From: Bacteroidaceae bacterium
GTDB lineage: Bacteria; Bacteroidota; Bacteroidia; Bacteroidales; Bacteroidaceae
DNA length: 64,000 bases
Reading direction: 5' to 3'
Assembly: GCA_045629165.1 (NCBI GenBank)
Contig: JAZQQQ010000056.1
Location: 14,531 to 78,530, forward strand
This document shows positions 26,795 through 36,212 of this stretch, in pieces; position 1 is the first letter of the stretch; each line of letters opens with the position of its first letter. The notes below the pieces were generated by a model. The model was not told the origin of the DNA, made no database searches, and saw nothing but the letters and a program-made list of their open reading frames with translations. Position numbers and translations under genes: made by a program.

Positions 26795-29179
26795 TTACTT
26801 CACCCTCTTTGAAAAGTATGTTGAACGGAGGTCCTTTGTTACTGTACCTCCAGTGAGTTCAATTTCCTGTGCCAGTCTTATGTCTTCCGATGATGCACCG
26901 ACCTTGATTATATATCGGCCCGGAGCCACGTTCCATTTACCGTTCTCGTAATAGCCGAACTGTTCGGTTGCAAGTTCGAATTCCATTGTCTCTTCCTGAC
27001 CAGGACGGAGTCCCATGCGGCCGAATCCCTGAAGCTGTATTGGCCTTATGTTCTGTGAATAAGGCTGCCCAGGCTCTACTGATGCAGGTGAAATGTAGAT
27101 CTGCGCAATTTCATCGGCATTGAAAGAACCTGTGTTCTTTATGCTGAATGACAGCCTGATGCTTTCAGAATCGGTTCGGGCGCTCTTGGCCACTGACAGG
27201 TCTGAGTATTCGAATTTGCTGTAGCTTAGTCCGTAACCGAATGGCCACTCTATCCTGGAATCGGGTTCAGCGGAATAGTTGTAACTTATTGGTTCCTTGA
27301 CTTCTACGTTAGGATAGCTTACGCTGAGCTTGCCTGAAGGCGATACGTTGCCGAATAGTATGTCTGCAACAGCATTTCCTCCCTCTTCGCCCGGATACCA
27401 GGCCTGGATTACCGCAGCGCACCTGTCTGCAATCCTTGATATTACCTGGGCACGACCACCGAATACTATAAGGATTACAGGCTTTCCAGTGGCAATCAGG
27501 CTCTCAACATACTCTTCCTGACGGCCAGGCAGATATAATGTAGGGCGCTCACGACTCTCACCGCACAGCAGTACGTTTTCGCCCATTGCTGCAATTATTA
27601 CGTCGCTTTGGGCGGCCATTTTCAGTGCCTCTGCGGTATTGGCATCTTCAGGATGTATGACCTTGCGGTCCAGAATTCTTCGCAGCCAGTCAGCACGCTG
27701 GTCTCCGCCTTCATCAATCCATGTCTCAATAATCTCAGTCCAGTCACAGCCACGACTGTATGACATGGTGAAACCTTGTGGAAGTTTTGTCTCAAGACCC
27801 TCTTTAAGTCCAACTATCTTTGGATGCATGTCATCTTCATTCTGGACCTGCCAGAAATATCTCATGGACTGGAAAGTGTAGTCGCCAAGCATTGCCCACA
27901 TGGTGTTGGCATCAGGTCCAGTCAGGAAAATCTTTTTGTTGCCGCTTCCAAGTATATCATTAAGTCTGGCGTTCTTAGCCGGATCAAGCGGAAGTATTCC
28001 ATTGTTTTCAAGCAGTACGATGGACTGCGATGCAAGTGTGTATGCAGTCTGTCGCTCTTCCGGAGCATCGAACACAATGTTTTCCTTTGAATACATGATA
28101 GGATCTTTGTCAAGCAGGCCTACCCTGGCCTTGTATGTCAGCACATTCTTGACTGCCTGTTCAAAGCGCTCTGGTGAAACTAGCCCCTTGTCAAATGCCT
28201 CCTGCATGTATATGTAGCTTTCACCCTTTGGGAAATCAACGTCGTTGCCTGCGTTCATGGCAGCTACGCCTCTCTCCAGATTTGATTTAAGACCTGGAAT
28301 CTGATCAATTGATCCATAGTCACTTACCATCATTCCGTCAAATCCAAGATAGTTTCGCAGAATGCCTTCCTGAATCTCTTCATTGGCAACACAGTTTGTA
28401 CCGTGGACTGCATGGTAGCCAGTCATTACAACTTTGCTTCCTGCAAGACGGATCATGGTTTCATGGGGTAGAAGAATCTCCTCCATGAGTTCCTTCTCAC
28501 TTGCATCACCGCCACCGCCGTAGCCCAGGAAATGCTTGCTGCAGGTTCCTACACCTTCTCTCAAGCCACCTTTCTGCAGTCCGTTTACAAATGCTGTTCC
28601 GAATACGGCTGACAGGTATGCATCTTCACCGTATGATTCTTCCAAACGGTTGAATGACGGGGTCCTGACTACATCGACCATCGGAGACAGTGACAGCAAT
28701 CCGCCAATCTGCCTGAGTGTCCTGCCTGTCTGGACAGCCTTGAGTTCTGCCAGTTCCGGGTTGAATGAACAGGCCAGTCCAATCTGCTGCGGATAGACCG
28801 TAGCATCGCGCGTGCAGGCTCCTGTCAGGACCTCTTCGTGGAAAAGTGCCGGTATGCCGTTGGGAGTATTGTTTATGAGCCATTCCTGCATTATGGCCAC
28901 TTTGTCACGGATTACATTCGGGTCTTCTGACATCTGGCTGGCAAACTGTGAGAAATGGCCTATGCCGTCAGACAGTTCAGCCTGGCACTTCTCTTCGTTC
29001 AGGGTTCCGTCTTCATTGAAGTAGTCATTCATGTATGTACTTCTCAACTGGGCTATGCGTTCGCCCTGAGTCATCTTTGCGTAGAGAGCATTTACCTGTC
29101 TCTCAATTTCATTCACGTTGTTGCTGCATGATCCTGCCATGACTGATAGTATTATTGGTATGATTGTTTTCTTTTTCAT
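26795..29179 (-). CDS. Glycoside hydrolase family 3 (beta-glucosidase / beta-xylosidase-like) lipoprotein
   Basis: Carries KHFLGYGGGG and GMMVSDYGSI (the GH3 nucleophile Asp region). I moved the start to the ATG at 29179 (MKKKTIIPIILSVMAGSC). The longer track ORF would cross the divergent promoter and the opposite gene. The stop codon (26795-26797) is 1 nt from the WYL ATG (26793). Confidence 0.85.
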   Translation of the reverse strand: MKKKTIIPIILSVMAGSCSNNVNEIERQVNALYAKMTQGERIAQLRSTYMNDYFNEDGTLNEEKCQAELSDGIGHFSQFASQMSEDPNVIRDKVAIMQEWLINNTPNGIPALFHEEVLTGACTRDATVYPQQIGLACSFNPELAELKAVQTGRTLRQIGGLLSLSPMVDVVRTPSFNRLEESYGEDAYLSAVFGTAFVNGLQKGGLREGVGTCSKHFLGYGGGGDASEKELMEEILLPHETMIRLAGSKVVMTGYHAVHGTNCVANEEIQEGILRNYLGFDGMMVSDYGSIDQIPGLKSNLERGVAAMNAGNDVDFPKGESYIYMQEAFDKGLVSPERFEQAVKNVLTYKARVGLLDKDPIMYSKENIVFDAPEERQTAYTLASQSIVLLENNGILPLDPAKNARLNDILGSGNKKIFLTGPDANTMWAMLGDYTFQSMRYFWQVQNEDDMHPKIVGLKEGLETKLPQGFTMSYSRGCDWTEIIETWIDEGGDQRADWLRRILDRKVIHPEDANTAEALKMAAQSDVIIAAMGENVLLCGESRERPTLYLPGRQEEYVESLIATGKPVILIVFGGRAQVISRIADRCAAVIQAWYPGEEGGNAVADILFGNVSPSGKLSVSYPNVEVKEPISYNYSAEPDSRIEWPFGYGLSYSKFEYSDLSVAKSARTDSESIRLSFSIKNTGSFNADEIAQIYISPASVEPGQPYSQNIRPIQLQGFGRMGLRPGQEETMEFELATEQFGYYENGKWNVAPGRYIIKVGASSEDIRLAQEIELTGGTVTKDLRSTYFSKRVK

Positions 29180-29213
29180 AAATATGTGAAACAAGTCCGT
29201 TTGATTCTCTTCC

Positions 29214-29221
29214 AAAAGTAC
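29214..29221 (-). promoter_or_regulatory. Bacteroidota -7 box TACTTTTG (TAnnTTTG) for the GH3 gene
   Basis: The plus strand reads CAAAAGTA, 35 nt upstream of the ATG at 29179. Confidence 0.4.
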
Positions 29222-29254
29222 AATAAAAATGGAATTGAATGAAACATATGTCCT

Positions 29255-29262
29255 ACCTTTGC
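29255..29262 (+). promoter_or_regulatory. Bacteroidota -7 box TACCTTTG for the HExxH membrane protein gene
   Basis: Matches TAnnTTTG, 21 nt upstream of the ATG at 29283. Confidence 0.4.
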
Positions 29263-29282
29263 AAATACTAAAAACAGGAACA

Positions 29283-30407
29283 ATGAAGAAAATATTGATT
29301 ATTATTGCTACGGTCATTGTCAGCATGGGCGTAGGATATCTGGTTGGAATGGGACTGTCATATATGTTCGGTGACAGTACCGGTTCGCATGATATTGAAG
29401 TGTCCAAGATGCTATGGGCTCTGTTTATTTCACTTTGCTCATTCATCATATCATTCTTTGCCAATACGGTCCTGCACGAGGCCGGACACATGATATTCGG
29501 TTTGATGACCGGCTATAAGTTTATGTCTTTCAGGATTTTAAACCTTACTCTCTACAAGTCCGATGAAGGCATGAAGTTTGGAAAGTTCAATGTTGGAGGC
29601 ACTCTTGGCCAGTGTCTTATGGTTCCTCCTTCAACCCAGCCGCTTCCATATTTCTGGTACAATTTCGGCGGCGTTTTCATGAATCTCGCAGTCATACTGA
29701 TTGCCTGCATTCTCATAGGGAAGCTTGACATGCCGTTAATCCCGTTTGAATTCTCCATTATGATGCTGGCAACGGCGGCATGGATGTTCCTTATGAACGG
29801 AATCCCCATGACACTGGGCGTTCCCAACGACGGAAAGAACATTATGGTTTTGTGGCGCCACCCCGAGAAGAGGAAGGATTTCTACAACATGCTGGCAGTC
29901 GCATCAGAAATGTACAGCGGCAAGCGCCTTTATGAAATGCCGGCAGAATGGTTCATTTCAAGCCCTCTGACTGAAAAGTCCGATGCCATGGATCTATCGG
30001 CCCGCAACCTTACATACTCGCTGCTTGTTGACAAGATGGAGTTCGATGCCGCACGCCAGATAACCGAGGAGTTTCAGGTCCTTGGAAAGAATCTGCCCGA
30101 AATGTTCAGGTGCGAGGTAGCATCGGACCGCCTCTTTCTTGAACTGGCAACGCTCAACAGAATTGAGGTCGTTTCGGAACTCTATGACAAGAAACTGCAG
30201 AAATACATTGAGACCTTCTCAAAGTACAGTCCATTGAAGAGTGCAGTGCTTTTTGCGTATGAACTCATCAATAACCAGAACCCCGTTGCCGCCCAGGCTC
30301 ATTACGACAAGGTTGCTGCCCATAGTGGCAAGTACCTGAACACATGCGAGACCAAGACAGCCCTCGATATAATGAATGAATTGAAGAAAAGGCAGAACTT
30401 GGATTGA
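29283..30407 (+). CDS. Polytopic membrane protein with an HExxH zinc-metalloprotease motif (S2P/M50-like) and a soluble C-terminal helical domain
   Basis: The ATG at 29283 gives MKKILIIIATVIVSMG. HEAGHMIFG sits in or next to a hydrophobic segment. There are ~5 hydrophobic helices in the first ~200 aa. The family assignment is tentative. Confidence 0.5.
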   Translation: MKKILIIIATVIVSMGVGYLVGMGLSYMFGDSTGSHDIEVSKMLWALFISLCSFIISFFANTVLHEAGHMIFGLMTGYKFMSFRILNLTLYKSDEGMKFGKFNVGGTLGQCLMVPPSTQPLPYFWYNFGGVFMNLAVILIACILIGKLDMPLIPFEFSIMMLATAAWMFLMNGIPMTLGVPNDGKNIMVLWRHPEKRKDFYNMLAVASEMYSGKRLYEMPAEWFISSPLTEKSDAMDLSARNLTYSLLVDKMEFDAARQITEEFQVLGKNLPEMFRCEVASDRLFLELATLNRIEVVSELYDKKLQKYIETFSKYSPLKSAVLFAYELINNQNPVAAQAHYDKVAAHSGKYLNTCETKTALDIMNELKKRQNLD

Positions 30408-30410
30408 ACT

Positions 30411-30917
30411 ATGGCAGAACATTTGGAAATAAGTGGAAACAGCAAGGAGGAACTCTACTCTACCCTTTACCCGCAGTTGGTTTGCCTGGCTGAAGATGAG
30501 CCTGACCTTATTGCAAACATGGCCAATTTCGCAGCCTGCATAAAGGAGACCTTCAATTTCTGGTGGGTTGGATTCTACCTGGTAGGACCATCGGCAAGCA
30601 AGCCAGGTTCAGAAGAACTGATACTGGGACCGTTCCAGGGACCATTGGCTTGTACGCGCATACGAAAGGGAAAAGGTGTCTGCGGCACTACATGGGACCG
30701 TGCGGAAACTGTCATTGTTCCCGATGTGGAGAAGTTCCCCGGACACATAGCATGCAGCAGTGCATCGAAGTCCGAAATAGTTGTACCTCTTGTAAGGGAT
30801 GGCGTTGTCTATGCCGTTCTTGACATTGACAGTGAGTTCCTGAACACCTTTGACCAAACTGACAGGAGATGGCTGGAAAAGATTGCCGTCATACTGGACA
30901 ACAGTAAAATGCACTAA
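30411..30917 (+). CDS. msrC: GAF-domain free methionine-(R)-sulfoxide reductase
   Basis: Carries GPFQGPLACTRIRKGKGVCGTTW and HIACSSASKSEIVVPL, matching the conserved Cys-containing motifs of YebR/fRMsr as I remember them. 168 aa. Starts 3 nt after the upstream stop. Confidence 0.75.
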   Translation: MAEHLEISGNSKEELYSTLYPQLVCLAEDEPDLIANMANFAACIKETFNFWWVGFYLVGPSASKPGSEELILGPFQGPLACTRIRKGKGVCGTTWDRAETVIVPDVEKFPGHIACSSASKSEIVVPLVRDGVVYAVLDIDSEFLNTFDQTDRRWLEKIAVILDNSKMH

Positions 30918-31051
30918 CCAGTTAGGGGGCTGTAGATAAGCCGATTATACGTATTGTTAGTGCTTTCCTGCAAAGATTTTGATGGAAATCTTGCCTAATG
31001 CTGACTTTTGTTGTTACTTTGGCTTCCAGATAATACATACAAAAACTGCAT

Positions 31052-31975
31052 ATGAAGAAATTTTATTTCCTTGCTACCGTACTGGCAGCAACAATGGCTT
31101 TTACAGCCTGTGAGAAAAGTGGGGCCGAAGATGAAGGCGGTGAAGGCGGAAATGGCACCGATGTCAAGAACGCCATGGTGATTGGTGACAAGGTCTACTC
31201 TCTTGAAATGGGAACTGATACGGTTCTCTACAATGATGGACTTTGGGAAATCTATCTCAACGGATATGAATGGGGTGCAATTGGTCATGGCGCTCCAAAC
31301 AGTGGCGACATAAATTTCACCGAGGGACTTCTTGGACAGGAGGTTGACCTTATGGAAGTACAGGATAAAGAGGCAGACCGTTCTGGTGAATTCTGGAACA
31401 TATTCTATGAAAGGGATACAATCATGACCCTCGAAGGCTATATGAATGAGGGACTTTTTGTAAACGTTGACGGCACAACACAACTTACCTTCAAGAAGGC
31501 AGTCATGAAGACCAGCTATGACGAAAAGACCAACTCATTTACCGTCGATATCAACGGTGAGTTCTCAAATGGCCAGAAGTTCTCCCTTAACAAGGAATTC
31601 AAGACTGTCATTGCAAGCTATGCCTTCAACACTTCAGATAATTATTATGATTATAGCCCTTCTGACTCTGTTTCATACAATGCTTTATTCAAGCCTTTCA
31701 CTGGCAATATGTTCAAGTTAGTGGCACCTTCTCCTTCGAAGGCCGACAAGGAGGCTGCCTATAACCAGGCACGTGCAATTTTCAAGGGTTTGGTTGAAAG
31801 TATTGACCAGGAAAAAATACGTCCGGTACAATATGCAACCACTTGCTATCGTGTTGAGTTGCTTACATGGGGATACAGGACTGACAATACTATGATTGCG
31901 TACGTTCAGCTCACATCAAGCGGCTTTAGTTATGTTGAGTCTTGCAACAGAAAGCCTTTTGAGGGAGCATATTGA
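31052..31975 (+). CDS. Hypothetical lipoprotein (307 aa)
   Basis: Lipobox in MKKFYFLATVLAATMAFTAC-EKSGAEDEGGEGG. No family recognised. Confidence 0.55.
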   Translation: MKKFYFLATVLAATMAFTACEKSGAEDEGGEGGNGTDVKNAMVIGDKVYSLEMGTDTVLYNDGLWEIYLNGYEWGAIGHGAPNSGDINFTEGLLGQEVDLMEVQDKEADRSGEFWNIFYERDTIMTLEGYMNEGLFVNVDGTTQLTFKKAVMKTSYDEKTNSFTVDINGEFSNGQKFSLNKEFKTVIASYAFNTSDNYYDYSPSDSVSYNALFKPFTGNMFKLVAPSPSKADKEAAYNQARAIFKGLVESIDQEKIRPVQYATTCYRVELLTWGYRTDNTMIAYVQLTSSGFSYVESCNRKPFEGAY

Positions 31976-31994
31976 TTTCCCAATATGATATGAC

Positions 31995-32030
31995 AATCCC
32001 CCGAAAGTTTCAATGAGCTTTCGGGGGATT
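31995..32030. terminator. Bidirectional intrinsic terminator hairpin between convergent genes
   Basis: Perfect 13-bp stem AATCCCCCGAAAG / CTTTCGGGGGATT with a 10-nt loop. The flanks are T-rich on the plus side. Confidence 0.7.
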
Positions 32031-32078
32031 GTTATTTATGTGTTATATACTGGAATTGACCAGGAAAAAAAGACCGTA

Positions 32079-33443
32079 TTACTTCTTGGTAATGGTTGGT
32101 GAAGTCCAGCTGTCAACTGCCTTCAGGTCTGGCAGGTAGAGACGCATGAACAGATGGAAGCCCTTGTCACCGGTTGGCAACCAGAATGAACCGTCGGTAG
32201 GCTCAGTTGCTGACAGGGTAACGTCAAGAGAACCGTCTTCATTCAGCTTGAAATTGCTGCGGTCTGTAACATTGTAACGGTCAATTGGATTTGCAATCAG
32301 GTAGTCGTTGTCACCGTATGCTGTGATTGACCAGAAACCGCCCTCCTCAACTGGTGGAAGTGAGCTGAAATGCAGGGTGTATGTGTTTGCACCGTTCAGC
32401 AGATTTCCTTCAGAGTCATTGTCGGTACGTGGGTAGATTGCTACTTCATTGGTATTTGCGCCAAGGCCTACCAGTGCAACAGCTGCACGGAATGCGTATT
32501 CAGGACCGAAGTCACCGATTGGATCCATGAAATATGACCATATACCACCCATGCTCTTCTTGTGATGTGCTGCAACTGCTACGGCATCGGTCTTGAAAAC
32601 GGCCTTGATGTTACGGAACATTTCGTCGCCCTGCTCAATGTCAACAAGCTTCAGGCCAGGACCAACGCCAAGCTTCTTCAGGCGGTTAATGATTTCTGTA
32701 TCAAAGCTGAGTGGAGGGTTCTCTTCCATGAGTTCATTTGCCTTGGCAAAGTAGTCCTGCAGTGACATGGTCATGCATTTCTGTACAGGGTTGAATTCCT
32801 TTGCAGAATCGTATGTGCCCTTTGGAGCAACATAATTTGCGTTTCCGTATGCTGAAAGCGGATATGCCTTCATGGCATCCTGTATCTTCTTGACTTCCGG
32901 GTAGTCGCCCTCACCCTTGTTTACGATCCTGAAGATGCACCATCCAAGTGAGGTTGGAAGCTCAACAAGTGTAGCACCTGCAGGAACGTCTGCCTTCTGG
33001 CCCTTCTTGGCAAATACATATGTACCGCCATCATAGATGACCTTGGTGGTGTTTGTCCATGCATCAAGAACCTGAATGTTGCAGAAACGGTCTTTTACGT
33101 CTGGAAATTCCAGCACAAGAGGTTCCTTGCTCAGGTCCATCCACAAACGTGTATAGTATGTGTCAACGTTTGGTGTAACGACTGATGTGCTGGTTGCATC
33201 GGCCATCTTTATGGCGTGGATGAGCTGGTTTACCGGAGCGCGTGGAACGCCTGGTACGAATGTTTCCGCATTGGTTTCAACTGCCTCAGTGGCATCCATG
33301 ATCATGAGAGGGAAAGTGTAATAGAATGCTTCCTTCAGGTCATCCTGTGTGATGATTACGTTTTCTTCACTCCCTTTTTCCTTTGTGCACCCTACAAGCG
33401 CAGCCATGGCGGTGAGTGCAACGATTAATAGATTCTTTTTCAT
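32079..33443 (-). CDS. DUF1254 + DUF1214 domain lipoprotein (454 aa)
   Basis: Lipobox ALVGC. VTPNVDTYYTRLWMDL and RFCNIQVLDAWTN are DUF1254-like. LPPVEEGGFWSITAYG is DUF1214-like. Confidence 0.7.
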   Translation of the reverse strand: MKKNLLIVALTAMAALVGCTKEKGSEENVIITQDDLKEAFYYTFPLMIMDATEAVETNAETFVPGVPRAPVNQLIHAIKMADATSTSVVTPNVDTYYTRLWMDLSKEPLVLEFPDVKDRFCNIQVLDAWTNTTKVIYDGGTYVFAKKGQKADVPAGATLVELPTSLGWCIFRIVNKGEGDYPEVKKIQDAMKAYPLSAYGNANYVAPKGTYDSAKEFNPVQKCMTMSLQDYFAKANELMEENPPLSFDTEIINRLKKLGVGPGLKLVDIEQGDEMFRNIKAVFKTDAVAVAAHHKKSMGGIWSYFMDPIGDFGPEYAFRAAVALVGLGANTNEVAIYPRTDNDSEGNLLNGANTYTLHFSSLPPVEEGGFWSITAYGDNDYLIANPIDRYNVTDRSNFKLNEDGSLDVTLSATEPTDGSFWLPTGDKGFHLFMRLYLPDLKAVDSWTSPTITKK

Positions 33444-33461
33444 AACTTATAATAATGATTG

Positions 33462-33587
33462 TTAGTTGTTGTCCCAGTTGTTACGGTCTATAAGTATGAT
33501 CACTATGCCTGCTATCAACACAATGATGATTCCCAAGATTATGGTTGCTACCATCTGTCCATCTGTCAGATTGATCTTTTCAGGCAT
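33462..33587 (-). CDS. Unannotated 41-aa single-pass membrane peptide
   Basis: Below the ORF-track size cut-off. My translation is MPEKINLTDGQMVATIILGIIIVLIAGIVIILIDRNNWDNN. It lies 16 nt downstream of the sulfatase stop and 18 nt upstream of the DUF1254 start, on the same strand. Confidence 0.45.
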   Translation of the reverse strand: MPEKINLTDGQMVATIILGIIIVLIAGIVIILIDRNNWDNN

Positions 33588-33603
33588 GTTTCAATTCTGT
33601 TAT

Positions 33604-35718
33604 TTATGGTTCAATGATTCCGAAATTCGCCGGGCCTTCAAGCGTATGTGGCATCAGGCTTATTACGGCTTCGCTGTTTCCGCTAATTGTCATGCCCGTG
33701 TAATTGCCTGTGAAGTAGTTGCAAAGTCCCTGCCTGCTACCAGTGGCAGTGGCATCTGCATCGGCCCTGTTCTCTCCCATATAGGTAAGCACGACACCGT
33801 TGCGGCGTACAACACAGCATTTCTGACCGTCAATTATGAAGTTCACCTTCACGTCGTTGTCCTGAAGTTCGTAGCTGTCATTGATGATTGCTGCAAATTC
33901 AAAGAGCATGTCCATAGTGCCTCCACCCACAATCTGGTTGACAATGTTTGTCATTGAGAATGTCTTTGGCTCTGGGGTTCCGGCACGCAGTTCCATGGCT
34001 CCTGTCAGGTACACGTTTCTCCATGGGCCGCTCTCACTCTGGTAGCCTAACTGCTCAAGTGCGTCTGCACACAGATGGCGGGCCTCCATGTTTGAAGGGT
34101 CGGCATATACAAGTTCCTTGGTCACCTGTGCTACCCATTGGTATTCACCGTTTGCAAAATCGGCCCTTGCCAGGTTAAGCACGCGCTGGGCATCGCCCAT
34201 GTACTGGACAATCTTTTTGGCAGTCTCCTCTGGTGGAAGCAGGTCCAGGTTAACCGGATTCGCATCATACCAACCCATATATCTCTGATATACAGCCTTG
34301 ATGTTGTGTGACAGCGTTCCATAGTACTGACGGGTGTACCACACCTTGTCAAGCTTTTCAGGCAGCTGCAGCATGTTTGAGATTTCTGTTGACGTATATC
34401 CAAGATTTATGTAGTGAAGCGTCTGGTCGTGTATGTACTTGTAGATCGATGCCGTGTTCTCAAGATATTCATTCAGGACGTCGTTGCCCCAGTGTGGCCA
34501 GTTGTGGCTCTGGAAGACAACCTGTGCATCATGGCCGAACATCTGCTGTGCCTGTAGAATGTAGTTGCACCAAGCTTCGGCATCGCGGACCTGTGCGCCG
34601 CGCAGGGTGTAGAGGTTGTGCAGTGTACCTGTACAGTTCTCGGCCATCCACAGGGCCTTGTAGTCGTGGAAATAGGCATTCATCTCTACAGGAGCCTCAG
34701 TACCCGGCGTAACCTGGAATGTCACCTTCAGACCGTCAATTACATAATCCTCTGTTTCAGAAATCTGGAATGTCGGTGGTACTATGCCTCCGGTGTCATT
34801 TATGGATTGGCCCATGCCTATGCCCATTGCCATACGTCCAGTGACTCCCTTTGGAAGGAATGCACCGTACTGATAGTTGGCACGGCGCTTCATGGCTGGT
34901 CCACAGTATGCGTTTTCTGATATGATATTCTTTATGAATCCCTGAGGTACTACCACGGCAGTCTTGCCGTTCCTGACCTGCTCTTCAAGTGGAAGTGAAC
35001 GGTCTGCTATTTCAGACCCCTTCAGCACTTCTGCCATGCCACCGTAATGGTCTGCGTGGCTGTGGCTGATAATGACAGCTGCCAGGCTTGGATTTGGATC
35101 AATGTTCTCCTTGAAGAGATTCATTGCAGCCCGGGCCACACTGTTTCCCATCAGGACGTCAAATATGATCCAACGGTTGTTTGGAGTCTTTATGAAAGTC
35201 ATGTTGGCCATGTCATAGCCGCGTACCTGATAGATTTTGTCAGGAACGACCTCAAACAGGCCCGCGCGCACGTTGCAGAGTGCATTTTGCCAAAGGCTTG
35301 GGTTCACAGTTGCCGGGGCACTGCCCTCTTCGTAAAGGAACTTGAAGTCTGCCATATTCCATACCTCATCACCTTTATCATTATAGATAACAAGCTCCGG
35401 GGTAAGCTTTATACAGCCGCGTTTGGCATTCTCAAGTTCTGACAGGTCATCAAAATCAAGACGCTCATACCATGCATCGTTTATTTCCTTTGTCCTGTCA
35501 GTTGCATTCTTGGCCTGATCTGGCTTTTCCGGATCAATAGGGTCAACAAGTTCAGTTTGGTTTTCAATTTCTTTACTGAAGAATACCAGACTGTCCATGT
35601 CACTTGCCAGTACTGTCTGCCTGGTCTGGCCATTCTTGTAAATATAGTATCCCTGTGAACTGGCTTTCTGTGCCATTGCACAAAATACAAGCATGAAGCA
35701 TATCAGATACTTTTTCAT
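33604..35718 (-). CDS. MBL-fold alkyl/aryl sulfatase (SdsA1 / YjcS / Bds1 family, type III sulfatase)
   Basis: Signal peptide present. Metallo-beta-lactamase motif SHSHADHYGG. The dimerisation-domain stretch HNWPHWGNDVLNEYLENTASIYKYIHDQTLHYINLGYT..YYGTLSHNIKAVYQRYMGWYDANPVNL closely resembles SdsA1-type proteins. Has an SCP2-like C-terminus. Confidence 0.85.
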   Translation of the reverse strand: MKKYLICFMLVFCAMAQKASSQGYYIYKNGQTRQTVLASDMDSLVFFSKEIENQTELVDPIDPEKPDQAKNATDRTKEINDAWYERLDFDDLSELENAKRGCIKLTPELVIYNDKGDEVWNMADFKFLYEEGSAPATVNPSLWQNALCNVRAGLFEVVPDKIYQVRGYDMANMTFIKTPNNRWIIFDVLMGNSVARAAMNLFKENIDPNPSLAAVIISHSHADHYGGMAEVLKGSEIADRSLPLEEQVRNGKTAVVVPQGFIKNIISENAYCGPAMKRRANYQYGAFLPKGVTGRMAMGIGMGQSINDTGGIVPPTFQISETEDYVIDGLKVTFQVTPGTEAPVEMNAYFHDYKALWMAENCTGTLHNLYTLRGAQVRDAEAWCNYILQAQQMFGHDAQVVFQSHNWPHWGNDVLNEYLENTASIYKYIHDQTLHYINLGYTSTEISNMLQLPEKLDKVWYTRQYYGTLSHNIKAVYQRYMGWYDANPVNLDLLPPEETAKKIVQYMGDAQRVLNLARADFANGEYQWVAQVTKELVYADPSNMEARHLCADALEQLGYQSESGPWRNVYLTGAMELRAGTPEPKTFSMTNIVNQIVGGGTMDMLFEFAAIINDSYELQDNDVKVNFIIDGQKCCVVRRNGVVLTYMGENRADADATATGSRQGLCNYFTGNYTGMTISGNSEAVISLMPHTLEGPANFGIIEP

Positions 35719-36185
35719 TTCCTGATGATTTTGAATGATTTATTTCCAGCTTTTACCAAATACACACCTGTTCCCAGATTTCCGGTCGACAAGGTCACGG
35801 TTCCGTCTGCATGGGCATTCTCCTTAGCAATGATCTTGCCGTCAACAGTGTAGAGTTCCATGCTGTTGCACCCATGGGCAAGTATTCCGTTCTCTGTAAT
35901 TGAGAACGATGCATCGGGAATGTGTTCAGTTGAAGTTTCCAGATCAGCTTCCTGGATTGTCATTTTCAGATAACTGTCCAGTGGGTACAGTATGTCTGTA
36001 TTGTCACAGACCAATCTTATATCATTGTCCATGAATGATACGGTTGGTCTCAGCTCAAGGTCAAATGTTGCGGTCTGCCCCTGCTTCTCATAGATTACTA
36101 CACAGAGTCTGTTCTCTGCGTAGCTGGGCATTGCCAATAGACATGCAATTGCGGTGACGGTGAATAATGGAATGTTTCTCTTCAT
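35715..36185 (-). CDS. Small secreted protein with a T9SS type A C-terminal sorting domain
   Basis: The ATG at 36185 gives MKRNIPLFTVTAIACLLAMPSYA. The C-terminus ..MELYTVDGKIIAKENAHADGTVTLSTGNLGTGVYLVKAGNKSFKIIRK fits the Por_Secre_tail pattern. It overlaps the sulfatase start by 4 nt. Confidence 0.6.
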   Translation of the reverse strand: MKRNIPLFTVTAIACLLAMPSYAENRLCVVIYEKQGQTATFDLELRPTVSFMDNDIRLVCDNTDILYPLDSYLKMTIQEADLETSTEHIPDASFSITENGILAHGCNSMELYTVDGKIIAKENAHADGTVTLSTGNLGTGVYLVKAGNKSFKIIRK

Positions 36186-36212
36186 CTTTCGTGTCTGTTT
36201 GTTGAACGGACA

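Noticed and set aside
26797-29491. The 898-aa version of the GH3 ORF in the track, which starts at 29491.
   Set aside because: The extra 104 codons have no signal or family features. They run through the divergent promoter boxes and overlap the start of the opposite-strand gene (29283). The internal ATG at 29179 gives a textbook lipoprotein signal peptide.
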